From Candidatus Poribacteria bacterium (GTDB taxonomy: Bacteria > Poribacteria > WGA-4E > WGA-3G), in assembly GCA_963665235.2 (NCBI GenBank), contig CAXXLX010000001.1, positions 672,001-736,000 on the forward strand: 64,000 nucleotides of DNA, written 5' to 3'. A program made the position numbers and the translations under genes. Below are positions 1 through 9,359 of this stretch, in pieces (position 1 is the first letter of the stretch; each line of letters starts with the position of its first letter). Under the pieces are notes generated by a model. That model was not told where the DNA came from. It searched no databases and worked only from the letters and a program-made list of their open reading frames with translations.

Positions 1-21
1 CGCCTGTCTGAGTATGGGAGT

Positions 22-37
22 TGGCACGAAATTTGCT
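22..37 (+). promoter_or_regulatory. sigma-54 (-24/-12) promoter
   Basis: TGGCAC-gaaat-TTGCT matches the TGGCAC-N5-TTGC consensus, upstream of CDS 202. Confidence 0.7.
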
Positions 38-201
38 ACTAATATCTAAAGTAGCAACCCGCTCCGGTTTTAGTGGGTTGTAGGAGGATGTTTGAAATCT
101 ACGCGATATCAAAGATGTTTCTCAAGAGATAGTCCTTGTGATTGCGAAACATTTTCACAAGCTCACCCTGTGAAACATCTGAAAACGAAAGAGGTTCTAA
201 A

Positions 202-978
202 ATGTTACGCGAATATTTTACAAATAGGTGGACTATAGGTGGTTTCTTATTGCTTCTGCTTTTCGCGGTGTTTTGCCATCTCTGGCTTCGGCAGGAGACT
301 GCGAAACTCCAAAAACAGGAGGCGGAAAACGCAGAGGGACACCGCCAATTGATAGATTCCGAAAAAGTGGATACTAACAGCAAGGTGGAACAACAAGCAG
401 GCGATGCTCCCGTAGAAAGCATCACGTCCCCCTCGGGGAAAACAGCCGAAAGAATCGAGGCCGTATCGGAAACCGGCACTACCCCCAACGCGGCAGAGGA
501 TACCGTTTCCACAGTCACATCGGAAACGGAAAACACAACTGGCCGGGTTTCCCCCTACGGATTCGGGCCCTACCCTGAAATTCCACCCGGCTATCCAGAC
601 CCGAATATCTTTGATAAACCGAGGTCCTCTATAACGTACGAATTAATGATGCGCGTTGATGTTAAGTTATGGCAACAAGGTATACGCACCGAGGGCATAG
701 GGATTAGTTATAAAACCGGACTAGTTTATCCGACCATCCCAGGGACTATTTATGTCACTTGGACAGATTTCCGCATGCCGAATGGCAGTGTGACACGAGT
801 CGCTGGAAGTATAAGCGGACATTCAGACACGGTGGATGCCTTACCTCGGCGTGGTTTACCCGGAATTCCTTCGAGTCCCTCAAACTTTGTATTTGAAAGT
901 GATATTCCATCACATATCAGAATTCTAGAAGACTCTGAGGGCATAGACCCTTACGAGTTCCTAAACTTAAAGGAGTAA
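202..978 (+). CDS. hypothetical N-terminally membrane-anchored protein
   Basis: ORF 142..978; ATG at 202 after GAGG; one TM helix (IGGFLLLLLFAVFCHLW), low-complexity linker, C-terminal 'VSPYGFGPYPEIP' domain. Confidence 0.75.
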   Translation: MLREYFTNRWTIGGFLLLLLFAVFCHLWLRQETAKLQKQEAENAEGHRQLIDSEKVDTNSKVEQQAGDAPVESITSPSGKTAERIEAVSETGTTPNAAEDTVSTVTSETENTTGRVSPYGFGPYPEIPPGYPDPNIFDKPRSSITYELMMRVDVKLWQQGIRTEGIGISYKTGLVYPTIPGTIYVTWTDFRMPNGSVTRVAGSISGHSDTVDALPRRGLPGIPSSPSNFVFESDIPSHIRILEDSEGIDPYEFLNLKE

Positions 979-983
979 CCAAA

Positions 984-1185
984 GTAAAGATCACCCTGCT
1001 AAAGCATGGGTGCTTTGACATAGCGTAACCACACGTTCCCTGTCAAAGATTAAGTTCTTCACTACAGTAATATATCGGTATATCTGTGGTGGTGCACAAA
1101 GGTGTTTCGGATGCTCCCCAAGTCCGATGTAAACGCTGATATACCGATCTGGATGGGGAAATACAAACTCTACGGAGAATTACAA
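984..1185 (+). ncRNA. omegaRNA (HEARO-like) scaffold of IsrB; guide would be the 5' flank (~964-983)
   Basis: Non-coding ~200 nt upstream of isrB with stems CACCC/GGGTG, CTTTGACA/TGTCAAAG, TCGGA/TCCGA and loop TCCCCA complementary to TGGGGA; motifs shared with the 8877-9345 element. Confidence 0.8.
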
Positions 1186-1188
1186 ACT

Positions 1189-2217
1189 ATGTTTGTTCCT
1201 GTCGTTGACAAAAACCAAAATCCACTGATGCCGACAAAGCCTTCGCGGGCAAGGAAGTGGATACGAGACAAGAAAGCCACACCGTTTTGGAAGAATGGCG
1301 TTTTTTGTGTGCGCCTTAACGCCGACCCTTCGGATAGATACTTCCAACAGATATGCGTAGGCGTAGACCCCGGCAGTAAGAAGGAAGGCTTTACCGTCAA
1401 GAGCGAGGCACATACCTACCTAAATGTGCAAGCAGACGCTCACAACAAGGTTGGAAAGAAAATCGAGAAGCGTCGGACGTTGCGGAGAAGCAGACGCACA
1501 CGGAAATGCCCGAATCGAAAAAAGAAGCAGCACAACCTGTCGAACCGGAAGCGTATCCCTGCAGGCACACGTGCAAGATGGGATTGGAAACTTCGCATAT
1601 TAGATTGGTTGTCTAAACTCTATCCTGTTACACACGTCTGTGTTGAGGATATTAAGGCGCGGACAAAACAGTATCAAAAGCAGTGGAATCAGGCCTTCAG
1701 TCCTTTGGAAGTGGGCAAGCATTGGTTCTATTCAGAGGTAGAAAAGCGATGGGAACTCCTGACGATACAAGGGTTTGAAACCAAAGAGATACGCGAGCGG
1801 CTTGGTCTCAACAAGTCGTCAAAGAAGTTAGCTGAAACCTTTGAGGCACATTGCGTTGATAGTTGGTGCTTGGCCTATCACACCGTTGGCGGTTTAGAGA
1901 TACCCGACAATACCGATATATTCTGTATCTCACCGATACCGATACGCAGGCGAGAACTCCACAGACAAAATCCGCAGAAAGGTGGCAATCGCCCGCGATA
2001 TGGTGGCACCTTATTAGGCGATGGACTTGTTAAAAACACATTAATAAAGCACAACAAATACGGATTAACACGCCTTGCGGGTGTTAATGCTAAAGGACTA
2101 TTCTCTGTCTATTCAAAAGATGGACACCGATTAACAACGGGGGCAAAACGCACGGATTTTCAAGTGCTAACACGCTTGAACTTCAACTATAAAGGCGGAT
2201 TTTCCTCCCCCGCATAA
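1189..2217 (+). CDS. isrB: IsrB RNA-guided nickase (RRXRR/PLMP domain, split RuvC, no HNH)
   Basis: 342 aa from ATG 1189; PLMP motif (NPLMPT), RuvC-I VGVDPG, Arg-rich bridge helix RRTLRRSRR, RuvC-II VEDI, RuvC-III HCVDS; no HNH motif between II and III. Confidence 0.88.
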   Translation: MFVPVVDKNQNPLMPTKPSRARKWIRDKKATPFWKNGVFCVRLNADPSDRYFQQICVGVDPGSKKEGFTVKSEAHTYLNVQADAHNKVGKKIEKRRTLRRSRRTRKCPNRKKKQHNLSNRKRIPAGTRARWDWKLRILDWLSKLYPVTHVCVEDIKARTKQYQKQWNQAFSPLEVGKHWFYSEVEKRWELLTIQGFETKEIRERLGLNKSSKKLAETFEAHCVDSWCLAYHTVGGLEIPDNTDIFCISPIPIRRRELHRQNPQKGGNRPRYGGTLLGDGLVKNTLIKHNKYGLTRLAGVNAKGLFSVYSKDGHRLTTGAKRTDFQVLTRLNFNYKGGFSSPA

Positions 2218-2247
2218 ATGCTGGGGGTTTCCAATCCGAAGATTTTG

Positions 2248-2850
2248 ATGAAAAAGTTTTCTGTTTTATTAATCATCGCGATGACTTTTAGCATCACCCT
2301 AATCGGTTTTTCTAAGCGTGGTCCAGTTAATGGAAAATGGTACAACCGCGATAAAGATGTAGAAAAACGATGGACTGACCGTGAAACCGCTGACCCCGAG
2401 ATACCCGATTTCTATATAACGATTACAAGGGAAGGTGAAGATTCTGACGGGCCGGCGTTTAGTGAGAGTTATGCATCGGCTGATCAGCATCTGCTATATG
2501 CCTGGACATATATAGGTGCAAGAGGCTCTGCACCGCACGATGTATGGGAGTGGCGGGGGTCCGCATTCTTAGCTCATGATTGGGTTACAACGACCCCGGG
2601 ACCAAATCCTCATGCCGATTCAGGCGCTATTAAAGGGGACTTTACAAAAGAATTCAATGTGTATTTGAGAGAATTCGGTCACCTCCCACCTGAGGGCACT
2701 ATCTCTGATTGTCAGTCAGATGGTTGGGTAGCGTCAGACATAGCAAAGATCTCTCCCGAGGAACGTCATAGCACGTTAAGCCGAACGGATGATAACCATA
2801 GAGATATCTACATCAACGGGAAAAAACAGCAACCAGAGGATAACCCGTGA
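2248..2850 (+). CDS. hypothetical secreted protein
   Basis: Signal-peptide-like MKKFSVLLIIAMTFSITLIGFS; its ATG directly follows the IsrB element end. Confidence 0.7.
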   Translation: MKKFSVLLIIAMTFSITLIGFSKRGPVNGKWYNRDKDVEKRWTDRETADPEIPDFYITITREGEDSDGPAFSESYASADQHLLYAWTYIGARGSAPHDVWEWRGSAFLAHDWVTTTPGPNPHADSGAIKGDFTKEFNVYLREFGHLPPEGTISDCQSDGWVASDIAKISPEERHSTLSRTDDNHRDIYINGKKQQPEDNP

Positions 2851-2874
2851 TGCAATCCAATTGACTGTAACGTT

Positions 2875-3049
2875 TGTATGCGCGCTTTGATGAAGTTTAA
2901 ATAAAATTTCGGTAATCGACAAGCAATAAATTGCCGGACTACAAACAAACGCGTTCAGTATTCGGGCAAGCAGCCCGCTCCTCTGGGCGATTTATTACCC
3001 GTTCCGAAAGGACCGAATTTAAAAATTAATCTTCATAAGCGCGCATACA
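2875..3049. repeat. MITE-like element with long imperfect terminal inverted repeats enclosing REP-like hairpins
   Basis: tgtatgcgcgctttgatgaag...atttcggt / accgaattt...cttcataagcgcgcataca; internal cagtattcgggcaa.cagcccgctc also occurs twice at 36165-36270. Confidence 0.6.
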
Positions 3050-3133
3050 TATTGGATTAAGACGTCAGATCCCTCCGTTCTATCACCTTCCATAACCGCT
3101 TCTCCTGCTGGCACTGGCGAGAGAAATAGGGGC

Positions 3134-3922
3134 TTAATTGAATTCAATCATTCCGCCTGTGCCTTTGAGTATGATATCAGGCTTCAGCATAATCTGATCT
3201 TCGTCGGCCCGTATAGCTCCGGTTTGATTGGTTCCGTTTTTATCGAGCAGATATGCAATTCGGCGTGGTAAGAGTCTGCCCAAATCGGCCTCCATTTCAA
3301 CCGGTTCCTTGAAAATGATTTGTCCACTCTGCTGTGTTTGATAAGCGAACCAATATTTCAGGTATTTTCGAATGGGGTTGCTATAAAGGAGCTCACCAGA
3401 TGCCGCCTCAATAACTTTGATACGAACTTTGCCTAATGCGGTTTGACGGCTTCGGAGATAAAAAGTTCCCCCTCTCGCAGCTGTGGATTGTCGGCCGTGT
3501 CGGATGAGACGTTCGTCAAAATCCTTTTTATCCAATTTAGCTTTAGAGACGCCTCCCAAAATGATCATGTCCGCTTCAAAAGCCTGTCCGACTTTAGCGG
3601 CTAACGCTGCATCTTCATAAATATCGCTTAGCGTTAATCCAAGCTCTTCAAGTTTAGCACTTACCGGGCGAACCTTGTCGGATTCATCATGAATCCATTC
3701 CATCTCCTTCTCATAAAGAAGTTTAAGATGATTGGCTAAATTGATACTAAGATTTTTACTCAGTGCTCCCGCTTCTTCTACCTCAGGGAGGAATGGTGCT
3801 ACGACAACCCGTTTGGCTTCGACAATAGGGGGTGGCGTGTCAATATTAATCTCCCCGCCCCCAAAGCATCCGGGCATTGTCATGAGGAAAATAGGTATTA
3901 ATAGAAAACTAAAAAAACGCAT
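3134..3922 (-). CDS. hypothetical lipoprotein (possibly CsgG/TolB-N-like fold)
   Basis: AGGAGG RBS before ATG 3922; lipobox-like MPGC; 'VVVAPF...ADMIILGGV' pattern. Confidence 0.65.
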   Translation of the reverse strand: MRFFSFLLIPIFLMTMPGCFGGGEINIDTPPPIVEAKRVVVAPFLPEVEEAGALSKNLSINLANHLKLLYEKEMEWIHDESDKVRPVSAKLEELGLTLSDIYEDAALAAKVGQAFEADMIILGGVSKAKLDKKDFDERLIRHGRQSTAARGGTFYLRSRQTALGKVRIKVIEAASGELLYSNPIRKYLKYWFAYQTQQSGQIIFKEPVEMEADLGRLLPRRIAYLLDKNGTNQTGAIRADEDQIMLKPDIILKGTGGMIEFN

Positions 3923-4290
3923 AATAGAGATATGCCTCCTCAAATTAAATTTTTGAATCATGGGGCCTCTGCTCCATGTCCGCCTGCTGCAGGCGAAATC
4001 AACGCCATAAGCGCGTGTGACATTCGGTTTCCCAAATCAATGCAAACGTGCATGTGGCATTTGTCGGGTTTGTTATTAAGTTAGCTCAAGATTTTAATAG
4101 GGACGTTGATATATTCCTTGCACATTCCACCCATTCCAAAAAGTTTATCATAAATTAGAAAAAAGGTCAAGAAACAATTGCAGGTTGTGATTCGCTACTG
4201 AACATAGTGCAGCACGCCAATGCCTATTTGTAAACGCGCTGCATGTTCAGGAAACGCGATAAATCAGGCTGCTGATTGCCATCCGCTATT

Positions 4291-5265
4291 TTATGCAACC
4301 GCTAAAGCTCGGACTTCCCCGAATTCATGTGCTAACTTCTGCCAAGACTCCCCATTATCTTCACTAAGGAAAAGTTGCCCACTAACGCTACACGCTATCA
4401 GTACACCATCAATCCGTGGATTATAGCCGAAACACCAAATTGTGCTATTCGCTGTGCATCCAATATCTGAGCGAGCCCACTGAATTGCTGTAGCGTTCTG
4501 TGCTGCATCTTCCATATAAAAGATACCGCCCTGGTCGCCGGGAGGTCCGTTGCCTGCCCCGATAAAGACTTTGGCAGTGTCGCCATTCAAATAGAACGCT
4601 GCGCGGCAGTAGGGCCATGGAAAGTGTTCGCGTACCTTTAAAGGTGTCCAATTGTGCATGTCCGTGGTAATACAGACATCGTTATTTGTGGCAGCAACGA
4701 GGGTTTTTTGGGTACCGGGGACTACCGTCAGTCCATGTATATCCAAGCTGCTCAACCCTTCGCTTCGGTTGTCCCATGTTTTTCCGCCATCGGTGCTAAG
4801 CCGCATTCCATCAATTTCAATTCCAGCATAGACAGTTTCAGGGTCTTCAGGGTCAATAACGATAGTTGTTACACGTGGAATGATGGGAATACCTTCGCAT
4901 TCTTGTGCAAGTTCTGCGGCGAGTTGTGTCCAGGTTTTCCCCCCATCGGTTGATTTGAAAAAAGCAGATGGACACGTTCCGGCATAGAGGGTTTCCGGTG
5001 CAGTCGGATGAATTGCAAGTGCCCAGACTTCGAGGTTATCCAATTCACTATGCAAATGTTGCCAGGTATCGCCACCATTTGTGGTTTTGACAACGCCTTT
5101 TTCAGTCCCAGCATAGAGCGTTTTTGCATCTGTTGGATGTACAACGATTGCGCGGATATCGGCTTCAGGAAAAATACCGTCACTGGCGCGATGCCAGGTT
5201 TTACCGACATCGGTGCTTCGCCAGATGCTCTGTCCAATTGTTCCGGCATAAAGTGTATTTGGCAT
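4291..5265 (-). CDS. BNR/Asp-box beta-propeller protein (sialidase/glycosyl hydrolase-like)
   Basis: Repeated S-x-D-G-G-K-T-W Asp-boxes. Confidence 0.85.
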   Translation of the reverse strand: MPNTLYAGTIGQSIWRSTDVGKTWHRASDGIFPEADIRAIVVHPTDAKTLYAGTEKGVVKTTNGGDTWQHLHSELDNLEVWALAIHPTAPETLYAGTCPSAFFKSTDGGKTWTQLAAELAQECEGIPIIPRVTTIVIDPEDPETVYAGIEIDGMRLSTDGGKTWDNRSEGLSSLDIHGLTVVPGTQKTLVAATNNDVCITTDMHNWTPLKVREHFPWPYCRAAFYLNGDTAKVFIGAGNGPPGDQGGIFYMEDAAQNATAIQWARSDIGCTANSTIWCFGYNPRIDGVLIACSVSGQLFLSEDNGESWQKLAHEFGEVRALAVA

Positions 5266-5328
5266 GTCAGCCTCCTTTTACTTCCTTATGTGCTCCCGCC
5301 ATCGGGAGGGATATAGGTGAGTTATCTA

Positions 5329-7140
5329 TCAGTTATCGGTTATCAGTTGATTGAGAACGCCTTCGTCAATAATTGTGTCCCCTCGCATGACGTGCCATTT
5401 CACAGCTTCCAAACCGACAATATCATCAGTGTCAAGATGAAATGCACAGCGATAGACAGATTTTGCCTCATTCGCAACATATATCATCGGTTTCGCATCG
5501 AGCACCTTCCGATTTTGATACGTCAACGTTAAGGTCAATGAAAGTGCCCCTACCGCTTCACTTGGCACAACAACAATTTCCCAATAGTCGCGATGAATCG
5601 GATTCGGAAGGACATAAATAGAATATGTTCCAAGGTTCCCTTCAAATGCATCATAGTTGTATGTTATAGTTTGCTGCGAAAAGCTGCGATTTTCCACCTG
5701 TAGGCTTGGCATAATCATCACACGTTGGACACTCGTTCCAAAAGTAGGAATATCGTAAGCAGTCATTCCATCGGTTTCCGTTTTAAGTGGTAAAGATTCA
5801 ACTCGGATTTCTCCCGTGTTATAGAGATATGCTGCCCTAATGTCAACTTTTGCGTTGCGCTGCGTAGAAAAATTGAAGGTTAAACCCGCCTGTCCTACAG
5901 TTGCGTCCCTCACAGTACATTCGATGGCGTGTGCAGAAAAATTGGCGAGTATTTTATTTTTGCCAGCAGTTGGGTACGTATCATGGGTGAATAAGGGTAG
6001 AATCGTCGGGGTTAGTGAGTTATACCGGAAAGATTTTTCAACAGTGCCGAACGGTCGCCACGCTGTAAGATAATTTGCCACTTTCCAATCCGAAAAGATG
6101 TCCGAAAATGTGCGCTGTATACCCTGTTTTTCCAACGTGTGCACAACCCCCGAAATGCCATCTATCGGACTTTTAACAAGGGCAGCGATAGTCTGTTGCC
6201 CCCCATAGTGTTCATGGAGATATAGCATGAAAAGGAACGCGGCACCGTAGTGTGATAGCAGATTTGCCTGATTTTTATGTTCCCAATTGGTTAGCGAAAT
6301 GTCCGGTGTTTGTTGAAAAGCCGCGATATGCTGATTGAGATTATATCCACACTGAAACGCGGCATAATCTGCACATCCCTCATCTATCCAGATTTCCTCG
6401 TTCGGAGAATGCTTATAATGAATAAGGTGTTGGAGTTCATGGGCGATAATTTTCTGAATGGCTTCAGCAGCCCCCGGCTGGTTTCTTGAGTGCACATAGA
6501 GAATATCCGCCTCGTTGCTATGAAGCGGCCCAAAGGTTGGATGGTGAAGCATGCCTCGCTCCTGATCGACCGGTAAGAAGTATCCCGCAGTGGTGTGATG
6601 GGCCGCGGCATCTCGAATGTTGAGGAGGAGCAAAATAACTTTGCCGTTTTTATCTATATCAGGCGGTGTGCCGAGGTATGCCGTTAAAGTTTCATAGATT
6701 CCGCGGCGTGGGTCGGCTGGCGTTGCTGTATCAAACGCTTTATGGAGCATTTGGACCATTTGTGCGGTGACCTTTTCCGGCCATTCTGAATCTTCAACGA
6801 AGATATAACAGTGGTGTCCACTTGCCCGTAAGGTTGCGTGAATTATATACTGCTGTTTCTTTGCGAAGTCTATAGCGAAAAAGTTCCGCTGGAAGCCAAT
6901 AGGGTGTGCCGGTGCCGCTGGATGTGCTGGAGCGGTCGGCACAGTCGTAGGCATTCTCCGAAGGTTTCTGTCCTTCACCGATAGGTGTTGCCCCGCGCCA
7001 TCCTTCTTTAGAAGGGGCACTGCACAGCGGAACGCTTCGCTGGACTGCACAGCGACGGTTAGCATCAGAAAAAAAAAGACAATTTGAATCAGGCCTAAAG
7101 TAGGCGGAGAAAAGGTCAGTACACTTTGGCGAAAACGCAT
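5329..7140 (-). CDS. secreted zinc metallopeptidase (M30/immune-inhibitor-A-like)
   Basis: Signal peptide; AHELQHLIH...WIDEG zincin motif. Confidence 0.75.
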   Translation of the reverse strand: MRFRQSVLTFSPPTLGLIQIVFFFLMLTVAVQSSEAFRCAVPLLKKDGAGQHLSVKDRNLRRMPTTVPTAPAHPAAPAHPIGFQRNFFAIDFAKKQQYIIHATLRASGHHCYIFVEDSEWPEKVTAQMVQMLHKAFDTATPADPRRGIYETLTAYLGTPPDIDKNGKVILLLLNIRDAAAHHTTAGYFLPVDQERGMLHHPTFGPLHSNEADILYVHSRNQPGAAEAIQKIIAHELQHLIHYKHSPNEEIWIDEGCADYAAFQCGYNLNQHIAAFQQTPDISLTNWEHKNQANLLSHYGAAFLFMLYLHEHYGGQQTIAALVKSPIDGISGVVHTLEKQGIQRTFSDIFSDWKVANYLTAWRPFGTVEKSFRYNSLTPTILPLFTHDTYPTAGKNKILANFSAHAIECTVRDATVGQAGLTFNFSTQRNAKVDIRAAYLYNTGEIRVESLPLKTETDGMTAYDIPTFGTSVQRVMIMPSLQVENRSFSQQTITYNYDAFEGNLGTYSIYVLPNPIHRDYWEIVVVPSEAVGALSLTLTLTYQNRKVLDAKPMIYVANEAKSVYRCAFHLDTDDIVGLEAVKWHVMRGDTIIDEGVLNQLITDN

Positions 7141-7221
7141 AGTTTCGGCTTCCTTATTACCTATAACAGCACAGCGGAGCGGGTTTCCTACTACTTTACA
7201 CTTGTCAGCAGACTATCCATC

Positions 7222-8844
7222 CTATTTGAGCCGTTCTTGGATTTGCTGGTTCTCAGGTTCAATCGTTTGTGCCTGTTCCAAGGCTTGACGTGCTTTTTGA
7301 GGCTCGTTATTTTTCCGGTATGCGTCCCCAAGGTGCATGAGAATCTCCACAGTGTTCGGTAAATGTTGATTTGCAAGTTCAAGTGTTTCAACCGCCTTAG
7401 CGAAACGTTTCTGTTTGAAGAAAACCCATCCGAGGGTATCGAGGTATGCCCCATTTGTAGGCGATTTTTCAAGGGCGCGTCGGACTAAATTTTCCGCTTC
7501 ATCCAGGTTCGTGCCCTGTTCAGCGTAGAGATATGCTAACGCATTGAGGGCGTGTGCATGGTTAGGTCTAAGTTGGAGTGTTTTTCGGAGATATTTCTCA
7601 GCTTTCTCGAATTCCCCGTGAGTTTGGTAGATAGCAGCGATGCTGTATGTTCCATCTACGTGCCGGGGGTTTCGTGAAAGTAGTTGTGTGAAGATTTTTT
7701 GTGCAGCATCGAAGTTTTCGAAACTGAGGTAAACCTGTCCGAGTGCATTGAGTGCATTGTCTATGATGTTTAGATACATTCTACGCTGGGCCCGGTTTTG
7801 TGCGTTTTCTGCACGGGCCTCCGCAGCAGTAATCGTTTTTTGGAGATAAGTTTCCGCTGCAGAAATAGATTTATCAATTTCTGCTGTGCGCTCTCCGCTT
7901 GCCGCATAAGCCCGTCTTGCAATGTCCTGATGGACGAGCCCCATACCGAATGTGCCGTTAATGTCATTAGGCATCCACTTAAGGATTTGGGTAAAGACCT
8001 GCTGTGCCTCAGTCAACTTATCGGTGGCGAGGTAGAGGTGCCCGAGCGCGGTCAATGCTCGGACATCGCGTGGGTTAATTTTGACAACGCGCTGATATGC
8101 CTCAATTGCTTCCTGTGGTTTCTGCAGCTCTCGGTAGAGTTCGGCTAATTGCTTATGGAAACTCGGTTCAAATGGCATTACCCGTGTGAGTGCTTTGAGC
8201 GCTGTTTCGGCAGTGTCATATTCTCGAAGCTGGCGTGCTAGGTTCGCAAGCATCTCCTGCGCCTGTCTGTGGTCAGGGTCTAATTTCGTGATGCGTTTCA
8301 GGACAGTGACGATATTATCAACGTCACCGCCGGTATGGTAAGCACGGTATGCAAGGATTTGGGCAAGTTGCCACATAGCGGGTATGTAGTCAGCATTTAT
8401 TTTGAGAGCTTGTCGGCTATCCTGTTCTGCCCCCCGGATATCCTGCATTCTATATCGGAGCTGTCCCCGTTTGTAAAAGATATAAGCGGACGTAGGGTGC
8501 AGCTGTATGAGTGCATCGTAAACGCCCCTTGCCTCTGACAAATTTTTATCAAAACTCTCTAAGTAAACTGCCTGCATCAGTTGTGTGTAAATCGCCTTTG
8601 CGCTCTGTGCAGCCTCAGCGAGCTGCGCAGCCTCTGCTGACGTATCAACCGAAAGTAGTGGCGGTGTCTCTTGCGCAGATAGGGGTGTTCGCAATGTGAA
8701 AAATGTGAAACAAAAGAACAGACTCAATAAAACCAGCCCTGCAACTTTTTGTAGCCCTGCTCGGTGGGAGCAAACTTCTGATTGTGAACGTTTATGCAGA
8801 CGCGCTTTGTAAGCACACCTTCTGATTGAAACATCTTTCGTCAT
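7222..8844 (-). CDS. tetratricopeptide-repeat protein
   Basis: Multiple TPRs (ALNALAYLYA, YLDTLGWVFF); N-terminal TM/signal; AGGAG RBS. Confidence 0.85.
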   Translation of the reverse strand: MTKDVSIRRCAYKARLHKRSQSEVCSHRAGLQKVAGLVLLSLFFCFTFFTLRTPLSAQETPPLLSVDTSAEAAQLAEAAQSAKAIYTQLMQAVYLESFDKNLSEARGVYDALIQLHPTSAYIFYKRGQLRYRMQDIRGAEQDSRQALKINADYIPAMWQLAQILAYRAYHTGGDVDNIVTVLKRITKLDPDHRQAQEMLANLARQLREYDTAETALKALTRVMPFEPSFHKQLAELYRELQKPQEAIEAYQRVVKINPRDVRALTALGHLYLATDKLTEAQQVFTQILKWMPNDINGTFGMGLVHQDIARRAYAASGERTAEIDKSISAAETYLQKTITAAEARAENAQNRAQRRMYLNIIDNALNALGQVYLSFENFDAAQKIFTQLLSRNPRHVDGTYSIAAIYQTHGEFEKAEKYLRKTLQLRPNHAHALNALAYLYAEQGTNLDEAENLVRRALEKSPTNGAYLDTLGWVFFKQKRFAKAVETLELANQHLPNTVEILMHLGDAYRKNNEPQKARQALEQAQTIEPENQQIQERLK

Positions 8845-8876
8845 AAAATTTCTCCTTCTTCATCGCGCTTTGTCAT

Positions 8877-9345
8877 CAAAATATTCGGTGTGGAGACCCC
8901 CAGCATTTATGCGGGGGAGGAAACACCGCTCCCATTCGTTCTATATTTCCCCCCAAAGGGGGAGTCGGGTTGTTTTTTCGCCACAAGCCCGTAGGCGTTC
9001 CTCGCAGACTGTGCTGCTTCGTTCAACAGAACTCGCACTTTCTGTTTACTTGACCTGACACGGTATCTTTGAAAAAACAGGTAAGGCCCCTTTCGGGTTC
9101 TCCGCTTACGCGGGTATATGTTTCCCCATCCAGATCACATAAGCGTAGTGGGTTAAGACTTGGGGAGCATCCTTCAGTGAAATCGTCCAACCACAGACGA
9201 CCCACCTTTTTAGATAACCATACTTTGGACTGCCATGTCCAGCCTCTGCGATATATTACTGTAGTCAACAAGTTACCCTCGTCCCTGTAATAGCCTTGGC
9301 GGGCATCAGGGACAAGCCCCCATGCTTTAGCTGGGGGTTATTGAC
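8877..9345 (-). mobile_element. non-autonomous IS200/IS605-type element carrying a stand-alone omegaRNA (no nuclease ORF)
   Basis: Minus strand starts GTCAATAACCCCCAGCTAAAGCATGGGGGCTTG and ends TTCCTCCCCCGCATAAATGCTGGGGG...TTTTG|ATGA like element 984-2247; no IsrB ORF inside. Confidence 0.85.
9070..9345 (-). ncRNA. orphan omegaRNA/HEARO-like scaffold (3' boundary approximate)
   Basis: Shares ACTACAGTAATATATCG, GGATGCTCCCCAAGTC and GATCTGGATGGGGAAA with 984-1185; stems covary. Confidence 0.8.
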
Positions 9346-9359
9346 CTGAGCGCGAATGC

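Larger units (their letters stand above)
984..2247 (+). mobile_element. IS200/IS605-superfamily IsrB (OMEGA) element without tnpA
   Basis: Left end GTAAAGATCACCCTGCTAAAGCATGGGTG hairpin; right end TTCCTCCCCCGCATAAATGCTGGGGG...TTTTG followed by ATGA; both ends align with element 8877-9345; removing it restores AGGAG-8 nt-ATG. Confidence 0.85.

Noticed and set aside
1102-1188. N-terminal extension of the IsrB ORF
   Set aside because: Overlaps the omegaRNA; the PLMP domain starts at ATG 1189 after GGAG
1189-2217. IscB or Cas9 call
   Set aside because: No HNH domain and only 342 aa; fits IsrB
5318-5350. ttatcag heptamer run as a regulatory site
   Set aside because: Short low-complexity repeat at a gene end with no further support
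8870-9290. Short ORFs 8870..9058, 9023..9271 and 9069..9290
   Set aside because: They lie within the structured non-coding element and show no protein motifs
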